Shown: positions 9,892 through 18,004 of the stretch, in pieces | How the letters are laid out: each line of letters begins with the position of its first letter | How positions within the stretch are numbered: position 1 is the first letter of the stretch | Assembly: GCA_010092855.1 (NCBI GenBank) | Contig: JAADYV010000285.1 | Span: forward strand, 1 to 40,861 | DNA: 40,861 nt | Direction of reading: 5' to 3' | Source: Chloroflexota bacterium | Lineage (GTDB): Bacteria > Chloroflexota > Anaerolineae > Aggregatilineales > Aggregatilineaceae | Made by a program: the position numbers and the translations under genes | The notes under the pieces: generated by a model | What the model was told of the DNA's origin: nothing | The model's database searches: none | What the model saw: the letters and a program-made list of their open reading frames with translations, nothing else

Positions 9892-10810
9892 CATCATCAT
9901 ACCTACCTATAATGACCGGCGCTATGTCTGCGACGCGGTAGATAGCGCGCTGGCGCAAATCTATCCCCACTGCGAGATCATTGTGGTGGATGATGGCTCG
10001 ACGGACGGCACCGCCAACCTGCTGCAAGAACGGTATGGCGACCAAATCCGCCTCATTTGCCAGGAAAACCAGGGCGCAGCCGTCGCACGGAACACCGGCC
10101 TGCACGCTGCCCAGGGTGAGTACATTCAGTTGTGCGATGCGGACGACCGACTGCTGCCAGAAAAAATCGCGCGGTCGCTGGCCGTTTTCCAGGCACAGCC
10201 CGAAACGGCGCTGGTCTACACCCGCTACCAACCCCTCGAATCCGATGGCCGCACGTTCGTACCCGTTGTGATCGAGCCACCACCCCCCGATAAGTTGTTC
10301 TGTGAACTGTTACAGGTCAACTTTGTGCCGCACGGCACGGTTTTGGCGCGTCGGAACGTTGTGTTGGCTGTCGGCGGCTATAATCCGGAGTTGCCGCCAG
10401 CGGAAGACTGGGACCTGTGGCTGCGGTTGGCGGCAGCAGGACACCGGTTTGCATGGGTAGATGAAGTGCTGATGTTGTACCGGTTGCGACCCGGCAGCTT
10501 GCATACAAACACGATTCGGATGAGCGAAAGCCGCCTTAAGATTGTCCAACTGGCGCGGCATTATCCCTGCCGCAACGACTGTATGAATGACGCCGCCTAC
10601 GACCGATTCGAGGCTGGCCGCCATCACCAGTTGGCGATGGTGTACTGGCAGGCTGGACGGCGCGCTGATGCACGTCACTCGTTCCGGACTGCCCTGGCGC
10701 TCGATCCGTCGTTGCAGCGGCGCATCAATATGTTGTTGGCCCACCTGTTTCCAGCCCGAATCGTCTTGTGGATCGATGGCCTTGTGACCCGAGTCCGAGG
10801 CCAGGCTTGA
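9875..10810 (+). CDS. Glycosyltransferase family 2 (tandem paralog of 8932-9891)
   Basis: GTG at 9875 gives a 17-nt overlap with the upstream gene. [50 protein letters not shown]. It is colinear with the upstream paralog over its full length. Confidence 0.85.
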   Translation: [311 protein letters not shown]

Positions 10811-10844
10811 TATTACTTCCAGGCGTGGTAAACTAACCGTAGAT

Positions 10845-10917
10845 GCCCCCGTAGCTCAGGGGATAGAGCGCAGGTTTCCTAAACCTGGCGTCGGCGGTTC
10901 GAATCCGTCCGGGGGCA
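10845..10917 (+). tRNA. tRNA-Arg (anticodon CCT)
   Basis: A manual cloverleaf folds as follows: acceptor GCCCCCG/CGGGGGC, D arm GCTC-AGGGGATA-GAGC, anticodon arm CAGGT-TTCCTAA-ACCTG (CCT at positions 34-36), T arm GGCGG-TTCGAAT-CCGTC, discriminator A. No encoded CCA. Confidence 0.9.
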
Positions 10918-10988
10918 CACTTCTTACGGCCAGCACAGCGACTTTGTGGCTGGCTGTAATATTTTGGGCAGCCCGGTGCGCCCGCGCG

Positions 10989-10994
10989 TATAAT
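10989..10994 (+). promoter_or_regulatory. Candidate -10 box (TATAAT) upstream of the lipoprotein gene
   Basis: A perfect TATAAT lies 39 nt upstream of the ATG at 11033. Only a weak -35 is present (TTGGGC, ~19-nt spacing). Confidence 0.3.
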
Positions 10995-11032
10995 CTGCGG
11001 CGACGTTCAAGTGGTGTCGAAACGAGGTAGCG

Positions 11033-11767
11033 ATGAACCGGCGAAGTAGAAGAACTTTGTGGCTCGTGAGTATGTTGATTTTGGCCGTGCTGGTGCTGGC
11101 GGCGTGTGGTAGCGCTGATGACCCGTCTGAGGAAACAGCAAAGGGCCGCGTGGTTATTTCCCAGGCGTTCGACCAGCCTGGCCTGTGGGAAGAAGACACG
11201 GCACAAACGGAAAGCGGTGCCGAATACCAGTTTGTGGCCACCCTTTCAACCGAGAATGGCCGGTATGTGATCGATCACCAATCCACCGATGGCAATTCGT
11301 TTTCGTGGGGAGTCGGCGCACGGACCGTGCCTGCAGACGTGATCATCGAAGTCGAAACCGAGCAGCTTAGCGCAGACGAAGATAACCTGTACGGGATCAT
11401 GTGCCGGGTGACCCCGAACAGCAGTGGCGAACTGGGCGGATATGCCTTCCTGATCAGCGGTGACGGGCACTTCGGCATCGCCACCGTGCGCAAAGGGAGT
11501 TTTGACCAGCGTCCGCTGATGGCGTTTGTGCTGGAATGGCGCCAATCGGAGGCCATCAACGAGGGCCAGGCGCAAAACACGATCCGCGCGGTATGCGTGG
11601 ATGATTACCTCGCCATTTATGCCAACAACGAGTTTTTGGGCGAAGTGCGTGACGATACATTCGCTGATGGTGGGCAGGTCGGGCTGCTGGCCGGGGCCGA
11701 GGATGGTAACGCGATCGCGTTGGCCTTTGACAACCTGGTGGTGTTTGAAGGCACATTAGACGACTAA
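11033..11767 (+). CDS. Lipoprotein with a concanavalin/LamG-like (DUF1080-like) beta-sandwich domain; function unknown
   Basis: Signal peptide plus lipobox-like LAAC↓GS (MNRRSRRTLWLVSMLILAVLVLAACGS). The motifs ..GGYAFLISGDGHFGI.. and ..IRAVCVDDYLAIYANNEFLGEVRDDTFADGGQVGLLA..FDNLVVFE resemble DUF1080-type domains (weak call). Confidence 0.65.
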   Translation: MNRRSRRTLWLVSMLILAVLVLAACGSADDPSEETAKGRVVISQAFDQPGLWEEDTAQTESGAEYQFVATLSTENGRYVIDHQSTDGNSFSWGVGARTVPADVIIEVETEQLSADEDNLYGIMCRVTPNSSGELGGYAFLISGDGHFGIATVRKGSFDQRPLMAFVLEWRQSEAINEGQAQNTIRAVCVDDYLAIYANNEFLGEVRDDTFADGGQVGLLAGAEDGNAIALAFDNLVVFEGTLDD

Positions 11768-11788
11768 TTCTCCTTAGTGGCGAATCAA

Positions 11789-11821
11789 AAATCCCGTGCT
11801 GGGCATTGCCTCACGGGATTT
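11789..11821. terminator. Bidirectional intrinsic terminator hairpin
   Basis: AAATCCCGTG (11789-11798) pairs with CACGGGATTT (11812-11821) around a 13-nt loop. The + strand continues TTTGTTGG and the - strand continues TTTTTGATT. It lies 21 nt after the lipoprotein stop. Confidence 0.6.
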
Positions 11822-12327
11822 GTTGGGTACGCCCGGCATGGGCGATAGCTAGGCGGTGAAAGACCGTTGTGGACGTTGGTCCGACGAACCACGAGCCGAA
11901 GGCAACTGCATCGTGCGTGAGCGGATGTGGGGAGGAAGCCGGAGGGCAAACGCTGGACCTGATGAACAAGAATCGCGTAGGAGGCATGGAGCGCGGGGTA
12001 AGCTGGCCCAAGACAGTGACGCCCGAAAAGGACCAAAGTGGCTCGATGTAAACGCGGCAGGGCTTGGGGGAAAGTTATCGTACCTTATCCGGGGAGGTCT
12101 GCGTTTTGACGCAGAAGTCAGCCGAGGCCGAAGTAGTCGATGGAGTAACGACCATCCAGGGCGAGCGGTGAAAGCCGCTTACAGGGCGAAGGGCTGAACG
12201 GACAAGGAGTTGAGGAGAAGGATAACGGCACGGACAGCCGGGAACTGTGAAGAGCAGCATCAGACGGGGAGGGAAAGCTGAAGGCTGGAGATAACCGTTT
12301 GGGGGCGAGAGGCCGTTATCGGATCAA

Positions 12328-13623
12328 ATGGAAGACGAACGTACTCAACACGAAAGCGTATGGGAACAGACTTTCAGTCGAGAGAACTTGTTCAAAGCCC
12401 TGGCGCGTGTCGAAAGCAACCAAGGCGCGCCGGGTGTCGATGGGATGACCACCGAAGAACTGGCAGACCATTTACGCGAGCATTGGCCAAGTATCCGTGC
12501 CAGATTGGACGCTGGGATGTACCAACCCAGTCCGGTCAAACGCACGATGATACCGAAGCCGGGCGGCGGTGAGAGGCAGTTGGACATACCAACGGTACTC
12601 GACCGCTTCATCCAGCAGGCCATGTTACAAGTTTTGAGCGAAGTTTTCGAGCCAACATTCAGCGACCACAGCTACGGGTTTCGTCCTCCCCATCGAAGTG
12701 CGCAGCAGGCCGTACAGGTTGCGCGCAGCTACATCGAAGAGGGCTACACCTGGGTAGTGGATATTGATCTGGCAGAGTTCTTCGACGCGGTACACCATGA
12801 CCGGCTGATGGCACGCATGAAACAAACCATCAGCTACAAACAAGTGCTGCGGTTAGTGAATGCGTATCTGAAAGCAGGCGTGATGGTGAATGGGATGGTG
12901 GTGGAGACCCACGAAGGGACGCCGCAAGGCGGTCCCTTGTCGCCTTTGCTATCCAACATCGTGTTAACAGAACTGGACCGTAAGTTAGAAGAGCGTGGAC
13001 ATCGCTTTGTGCGCTACGCGGACGACTGCAACATCTACGTGGGCAGGCGGGCCGCCGCCGAACGGGTGATGGGCAGCACGCAGCGGTTCATCGAAAAGCG
13101 GATGCGACTGCAAGTCAATGTGGCGAAAAGCGCAGCAGATTTGGCGACAAAACGTCAATTCCTGGGCTTTAGTTTCTATTGAAGAGCACGCGGCAAGGTG
13201 GGCTTACGCCTGGCGCGCCGCAGTCTAGACCGGGTCAAGCGCAAAGTGCGCGAGATAACCGGACGCAATACCGGACAAGCAATTGAAGCGGTCGTTGACC
13301 GGCTCAATCGCTATATCACGGGCTGGGTCGGTTACTTTCGCATCGCCGATGCCCAAGGGCACTTACAACGCCTGGATGAACATCTGCGTCGTCGCTTGCG
13401 CCAATTGGTCTGGAAACAATGGAAAACGCCCGCTAATCGTTATCGCAACTTACGGGCGCGTGGGGTCTCTGAATTTTGGGCCATCCGCGCTGGCGGTACG
13501 AGCAAGGCATACTGGCGTTTATCCGCTTCCCCACCGCTCAATCAGGCCATGAATAATGCCTATTGGGATGACTTAGGTCTAGTGGGGTTCTTCAAACGTT
13601 ACCAAATATTTCGTTCGACTTGA
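12328..13623 (+). pseudogene. Group II intron-encoded reverse transcriptase/maturase (no endonuclease domain), interrupted by one in-frame TGA at 13180-13182
   Basis: RT blocks are present: ..GAPGVDGMT.., ..IPKPGGGERQLDIPTVLDRFIQQA.., ..GTPQGGPLSPLLSNI.., ..VRYADDCNIYV.. The protein then reads FLGFSFY-stop-RARGK-VGLRLARRSLDRVKRKVREITGRN..YITGWVGYFRIA.. (thumb/X domain) in the same frame (track ORFs 12328-13182 and 13198-13623). Confidence 0.85.
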
Positions 13624-13625
13624 CC

Positions 13626-13660
13626 GAACCGCCGGATGCGGACCCGCATGTCCGGTGGTG
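13626..13660 (+). ncRNA. Group II intron domain V (catalytic hairpin)
   Basis: The sequence GAACCGCCGG-AUGCG-[GACC]-CGCAU-GU-CCGGUGGU folds as an 8-bp lower stem (13628-13635 with 13652-13659), a 2-nt 3' bulge (13650-13651), a 5-bp upper stem and a tetraloop. The CGC triad (13630-13632) has a G.U wobble at G13631/U13656. Confidence 0.7.
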
Positions 13661-13661
13661 T

Positions 13662-13693
13662 GGGAGGGGGCGGCCTCAACCGTCCCCTATCCC
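13662..13693 (+). ncRNA. Group II intron domain VI with bulged branch-point adenosine
   Basis: GGGAGGGGG (13662-13670) pairs with CCCCU-A-UCCC (13684-13693). A13689 is unpaired and lies 7 nt from the proposed 3' splice site (13696). Confidence 0.55.
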
Positions 13694-13716
13694 GATTCGG
13701 TGTGATGCCGTGCCGA

Positions 13717-16224
13717 TTACTCGGCGTCGGCGGTTTCTTCGATGTCTTCCTCGACAGCGTGTATGTCCGGCAAATGGCTGCCTTCAATGCGGCGGAATGC
13801 GATGGGCGACTCGGCGTCGGGATCGTCGGTGACGAATATCTCGACCAGGTCGCCGCGCACGAATTCGCCCTTCAGCAAGCGCACGCTGAGCGGACTTTCG
13901 ACATAACGCTGCAAGGCGCGGCGCAGCGGACGGGCCCCAAACTGCGGATCAAACCCGATGGCGGCCAGTTCTTCGCGCGCGTCGTCTGTCATCGCCACGT
14001 ACAGGCCCTGCTCTTCCAGCCGGTCGGCGATGTCGCGCATCTGCAGGTCCACGATCTGCTGCACATCTTCCAGCGTTAGCGGCTCGAAGATGATGATCTC
14101 GTCGATGCGGTTCATGAACTCAGGCCGGAAGGTGCTGCGCATGGCTTCCTCGATCTTCTTATGATCGGCAACCAGGTTCGGGTCGCCATCGGGCACAAAG
14201 CCCAGCGCGCCGCCCTTGTTGGCAAACTCGGTGCCCAGGTTACTGGTCATGATGATCACGGCGTTGCGGAAATCCACCACGCGGCCCTGGCCATCGGTCA
14301 TACGCCCATCTTCGAGAATCTGCATCAGTGCGTTCCACACTTCGGGGTGTGCTTTTTCAACCTCGTCGAACAGCACCACGCGATAGGGACGGCGGCGCAC
14401 GGCCTCGGTCAGTTGGCCGCCTTCCTCGTAGCCCACGTATCCGGGTGGCGCGCCGAACAACCGGCTGACAGTGTGCTGCTCGCGGTATTCGCTCATGTCG
14501 ATGCGCAGCAAGGCGTCTTCGTCATCAAACATGAACTCGGCCAGCGCTTTGGCCAGTTCCGTCTTGCAGACGCCGCTGCTGCCCAGGAAGATGAACGAGC
14601 CGATGGGACGCCGCGGGTCCTTGAGGCCGCTGCGGGCGCGGCGAATAGCATCCGCGATGGCGATCACGGCTTGTTTCTGGCCGATGATGCGCTCGTGCAA
14701 CTCGTCTTCCATGCGCAGCAGTTTTTCGGCCTCGGTTTCCATCATCTGGCTGATGGGGATGCCGGTCCACTGCGCGACCACACTGGCAATGTCGTCCTCG
14801 TCAACCACTTCATCAAGCGTGTGTTCTTGCTGCCAGCGTTCGCGTTCGTCCTCGTACTCGCCTTCCATCTGCAACCGTTCGGTCTTGATGGTTGCTGCGC
14901 GTTCGTAATCACGTTGCAAGCTGGCTTCTTCTTCTTCCGCCGCCAGCCGATCCAACTCCTTCTTCATGGCCTTGAGGTCGTCCGGCATGGAGTACAGCGC
15001 CACGCGCAGCTTGGAGGCCGCTTCGTCCATCAGGTCGATAGCCTTGTCCGGCAGCTTGCGTTCAGTTACGTACCGGTGGCTGAGACGTGCAGCCGCGATG
15101 AGGGCAGCGTCCGAATAGGTGACTTTGTGGTGAGCCTCGTACCGGTCGCGCAGGCCGTGCAGCATGGCAATGGTTTGCTCGACGGTGGGTTCTTCCACAT
15201 AGACCGGCGCGAAACGACGGTCCAAAGCGGAATCACGTTCGATGTACTGGCGGTATTCGTCCAACGTGGTCGCCCCGATGCAGTTGAGTTCGCCGCGTGC
15301 CAGCGCCGGTTTCATCATGTTGCTGGCATCCAGCGCACCGGAGGCTGCCCCGGCCCCCACGACCTGGTGCAGTTCGTCAATGAACAGGATGATCTCGCCT
15401 TCGGAGCGTTGAATTTCCTCGATGGCGGCCTTGAGCCGTTCCTCGAATTCGCCCCGGAAGCGGCTGCCCGCGATCATACCGCCCAGGTCCAGGCTGACCA
15501 CGCGCTTGCCCATCAGGATTTCGGGCACATCGTTGTCGGAGATTTTCTGAGCCAGTCCTTCGACAATGGCCGTTTTCCCCACGCCCGCCTCGCCGATGAG
15601 CACCGGGTTGTTCTTGGTGCGGCGGCTGAGAATCTGGATCACACGCAGGATTTCATCGTCGCGCCCGATCACGGGGTCGAGATGGCCTTCACTGGCCAGG
15701 CGCGTCAGGTCGCGGGTGTACTTTTCCAGGGTGCGGTAGCGCGTTTCGGCTCCGGGGTCGGTCACTCGTTGGCCGCCGCGAATCTCTTTGATCACGTCTT
15801 GCACGCGCTCTTTGGTGACACCTGCTTCGGCTAGAATGCGCGCGACAGCAGTGCGCCGCTCGCTGAGAATGGCCAGGAACAGGTGCTCGGTGCTGATGTA
15901 TTCGTCTTTCAGCCGGTTGGCTTCTTCGTTGGCCACGTCAACCACGCGCTTGACACGGGGCGTAATGAACACCTGCCCGGCTCCACCACCGTAGATGGCG
16001 GCCTTCGGGCTGGCCTTCAGCACTTCGTCCAGCCGCTCCCGAATCGCGTCCTGGTCGACGTTCATCTTTTCCAACATCTGTGGAATCACGCCATCGGGCT
16101 GTTCCAGCAGCGCCAGGAGCATATGCTCCGTATCGACCTGGTTGTGGCCATAGCGCTGTAGAATTTCGTAGGCGCGAACTGCTGCATCTTGCGCGCGCTC
16201 GGTAAATCGGTCAAAGCGCATCAT
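13717..16224 (-). CDS. clpC: Class I Clp/Hsp100 AAA+ unfoldase, ClpC-type (ATP-dependent Clp protease ATP-binding subunit)
   Basis: 835 aa. The N-terminus is [12 protein letters not shown].. Two AAA+ modules are present (GEAGVGKT / ILFIDELH; GSSGVCKT / [11 protein letters not shown]). The linker is short and UVR-like ([17 protein letters not shown]) rather than the long ClpB M-domain. An LGF ClpP-docking loop is present (GGALGFVP). Confidence 0.88.
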   Translation of the reverse strand: MMRFDRFTERAQDAAVRAYEILQRYGHNQVDTEHMLLALLEQPDGVIPQMLEKMNVDQDAIRERLDEVLKASPKAAIYGGGAGQVFITPRVKRVVDVANEEANRLKDEYISTEHLFLAILSERRTAVARILAEAGVTKERVQDVIKEIRGGQRVTDPGAETRYRTLEKYTRDLTRLASEGHLDPVIGRDDEILRVIQILSRRTKNNPVLIGEAGVGKTAIVEGLAQKISDNDVPEILMGKRVVSLDLGGMIAGSRFRGEFEERLKAAIEEIQRSEGEIILFIDELHQVVGAGAASGALDASNMMKPALARGELNCIGATTLDEYRQYIERDSALDRRFAPVYVEEPTVEQTIAMLHGLRDRYEAHHKVTYSDAALIAAARLSHRYVTERKLPDKAIDLMDEAASKLRVALYSMPDDLKAMKKELDRLAAEEEEASLQRDYERAATIKTERLQMEGEYEDERERWQQEHTLDEVVDEDDIASVVAQWTGIPISQMMETEAEKLLRMEDELHERIIGQKQAVIAIADAIRRARSGLKDPRRPIGSFIFLGSSGVCKTELAKALAEFMFDDEDALLRIDMSEYREQHTVSRLFGAPPGYVGYEEGGQLTEAVRRRPYRVVLFDEVEKAHPEVWNALMQILEDGRMTDGQGRVVDFRNAVIIMTSNLGTEFANKGGALGFVPDGDPNLVADHKKIEEAMRSTFRPEFMNRIDEIIIFEPLTLEDVQQIVDLQMRDIADRLEEQGLYVAMTDDAREELAAIGFDPQFGARPLRRALQRYVESPLSVRLLKGEFVRGDLVEIFVTDDPDAESPIAFRRIEGSHLPDIHAVEEDIEETADAE

Positions 16225-16371
16225 AGCTGTGTTGTCCTTCTACACTCTATCCCAATGATGATGCTGGTAGGATAGCGATAGCCGCTTGTAGTCTATGAAA
16301 AAGTTTACACCCAAACGCCTACAGGGGCTATCAGATTCGCATTGGAAGCCACCTGGCGTGGCTGCAAGCAG

Positions 16372-17643
16372 CTACGTTGCGTCCAGGGCGCGCTCGATTA
16401 GCCTGTCGGCCATGTCGAAGACAAACGCATTATCGGCGTTTTTCTCGGGCTGGCGCTGCTTGAGCGCTTTGGACAGAATGAAAACTGTTTCCCGGATTTG
16501 CTCGTTGGGCATCGTGACGCGGGTGTTGGCGATGATGCCGCCCACTACCAACGGGAAGTAGGCGCGCGCGAAGTCCAACGGGCTTTGCTGGACCAGGGCA
16601 TCCACAATGTCTTCGGCGTAAGTCGTAGTTTCCGATTCGTCTCCGAAAGACTCTTCCAACACCGTGCTGAGCATGGTAAACGCATACATGATCGCATCAT
16701 AGACCACGTCCGCGTAGAGTAGGCGCGCCGCCAGCGGATCGGGCCTGTTGGCCAGTTCTGGTTGCTGTTGTAGCAAGCGGCATAGCTTGGTGAACCAGCG
16801 CGGCCAGGCCGGACGCGGATCGTCGGGTTGTGGGGCGTGAACGCCCAGTTCATAGATCAGTGTTAGCAGCTTGGTGATGAAAATGGCTTCGGGCGGATGC
16901 AGCTTGTAGCCACATTCGGCAAAACGCGCTTGAGTCGCCTTGAGCAGCGGCATGAAGACGGTCTCGCGTCTGAGTTTTTCGACGACACGGCTGGCGATTT
17001 CCCACACCTGGCTGGCAATCGTGTAGTCGTCGGCGTAGTCGCGCAGGGTCCACAGGCTGATCCAGTCGGGCTGGATGTCTTTTTTCAGACTGGCCAGCGC
17101 GGGGGGCAGCATCTTGAATGGGACCTGGATGTGGTGGCGTTTGCCACCGGGATCGGTAGAAAACGCAAGGGCGCGCAGAGCCTGTATATACGCCTGTGTT
17201 TCGGCGGCCAGTTCGTTGAACAGAAAGGTGCCCCCACCCTGGGCGGCGCGAATACGCTGCAGCTTTTTGCTCATTTCCTTGACTTCGAGGTCGATGCCCA
17301 GCACATAACCCGAAGCCGGGGCGGTTTTGGGTGACGTGCTAACATCAATCTTGGCAAAACCGACTTCGGCGGGCTGCAACCCGATTCGTACCCGGCTAGC
17401 CTGGGTGGTGAACCGGCCTTTTTGCTTGTCAGCGTCCCGCGCAGGGAGCACGGGTTTGAGCACCACGTCCACATCGACATCGCAGGCATTTTGGACCAAC
17501 AGGACCACTTCGAACCACTGCCCGGCGTGCACCTGGGCTGGTTTTGCCGCGAGCGCGGTCTGGATCACGCTGATATTTAACCGCGCACCGCCAGTCACTG
17601 CGCCCAATAGATCAGGATAGTTGACTAAATCGTGTTCAGACAC
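16372..17643 (-). CDS. Hypothetical protein (423 aa), beta-rich N-domain plus helical C-domain; no family recognised
   Basis: Long ORF with genome-typical GC3. I chose the GTG at 17643 because GGAGGAACC precedes it (the track start at 17712 is a TTG). It lies on the same strand, 147 nt upstream of clpC. Confidence 0.6.
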   Translation of the reverse strand: MSEHDLVNYPDLLGAVTGGARLNISVIQTALAAKPAQVHAGQWFEVVLLVQNACDVDVDVVLKPVLPARDADKQKGRFTTQASRVRIGLQPAEVGFAKIDVSTSPKTAPASGYVLGIDLEVKEMSKKLQRIRAAQGGGTFLFNELAAETQAYIQALRALAFSTDPGGKRHHIQVPFKMLPPALASLKKDIQPDWISLWTLRDYADDYTIASQVWEIASRVVEKLRRETVFMPLLKATQARFAECGYKLHPPEAIFITKLLTLIYELGVHAPQPDDPRPAWPRWFTKLCRLLQQQPELANRPDPLAARLLYADVVYDAIMYAFTMLSTVLEESFGDESETTTYAEDIVDALVQQSPLDFARAYFPLVVGGIIANTRVTMPNEQIRETVFILSKALKQRQPEKNADNAFVFDMADRLIERALDAT

Positions 17644-18004
17644 GGTTCCTCCACAACCTGGGCCGGTTCGGTTGATATTTTGACTGGAAACAGCTTCCGC
17701 CTGGAGCCTCAATGTTCATCCGGCCCATACCAATAGCTTTAATCTTATATCCAGTTTACATGCGGTCGCCGCGCATTCAAAATGCGGCGTCCGGTTGTTT
17801 GGCATAGGTTCGTCCGATCTAGAGAACCTTTGATTATCCGATGTTTGACGGACTTAGGGTATTTAAATTTCTTTAACTAATTTGAACTCAGTGTTTAATC
17901 TAATCTTTGGGAGCATTTCACCCTCACCCAGTAAATTGTTTTTCCGCATCGAGGGATTTCTTACCCTCAAACCTATCTTCCATACTAAACCTAGGAGGAA
18001 CAAA

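Larger units (their letters stand above)
11827..13696 (+). mobile_element. Group II intron, class C (IIC)-like, ~1870 nt, inserted in an intergenic region just after a terminator hairpin
   Basis: The 5' end is GTACGCCCGGCATGGGCG (GUGYG-like, with the CGCCC..GGGCG helix). About 500 nt of ribozyme sequence precede the ORF. The RT/maturase ORF sits in domain IV. Domain V follows directly after the ORF stop, and domain VI has a bulged A 7 nt before the ..GAT 3' end. Boundaries are +/- a few nt. Confidence 0.85.

Noticed and set aside
10845-11826. Genomic island or prophage integrated at tRNA-Arg
   Set aside because: There is no integrase, no direct repeat of the tRNA 3' end and no phage genes. 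The only mobile element nearby is the group II intron, whose target is the terminator hairpin, not the tRNA.
11856-12260. Short ORFs (113 aa, 60 aa, 61 aa) between the lipoprotein gene and the RT ORF
   Set aside because: They lie within group II intron domains I-III, which are structured RNA. They show no coding signal.
12328-13623. Reverse transcriptase as a retron, DRT/UG-type defence RT or diversity-generating retroelement
   Set aside because: The ORF sits between a group II 5' ribozyme region and canonical domains V and VI. It has the group II maturase/X domain (..YITGWVGYFRIA..). There is no msr/msd-like repeat, template/variable repeat pair or effector gene.
14161-15834. 557-aa + strand ORF, plus many other long ORFs antisense to annotated genes (e.g. 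567-1427 -, 2647-3798 -, 4155-5054 -, 4765-5721 -, 17924-19102 -, 19412-20326 +, 22825-23820 +, 26401-27384 +, 32323-33693 +, 35550-36350 +, 36689-37348 -)
   Set aside because: These are shadow ORFs typical of high-GC DNA. Their translations are Arg/Gly/Pro/His/Val-rich and low in complexity, with no motifs. Each is fully overlapped by an opposite-strand ORF that has clear domain signatures.
13717-16224. Calling the Hsp100 gene clpB
   Set aside because: The linker between the AAA+ modules is short and UVR-like rather than the long ClpB coiled-coil M-domain. An LGF ClpP-docking loop is present. The N-terminus matches the ClpC-type FxRFTERAQ pattern.
16225-16371. CtsR, CIRCE or HAIR-type heat-shock operator upstream of clpC
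   Set aside because: I found no match to the CtsR heptad repeat or to the CIRCE inverted repeat. There are only a weak CTATCC-N17-GGATAG repeat and a 5-bp hairpin (16349-16363).
17713-18004. AT-rich 292-nt divergent spacer, including TTGACG..TAAATT, as a defined promoter pair
   Set aside because: The hexamer spacing is poor (about 13 nt) and no clear symmetric operator is present. It is probably a promoter region, but I cannot place the elements reliably.
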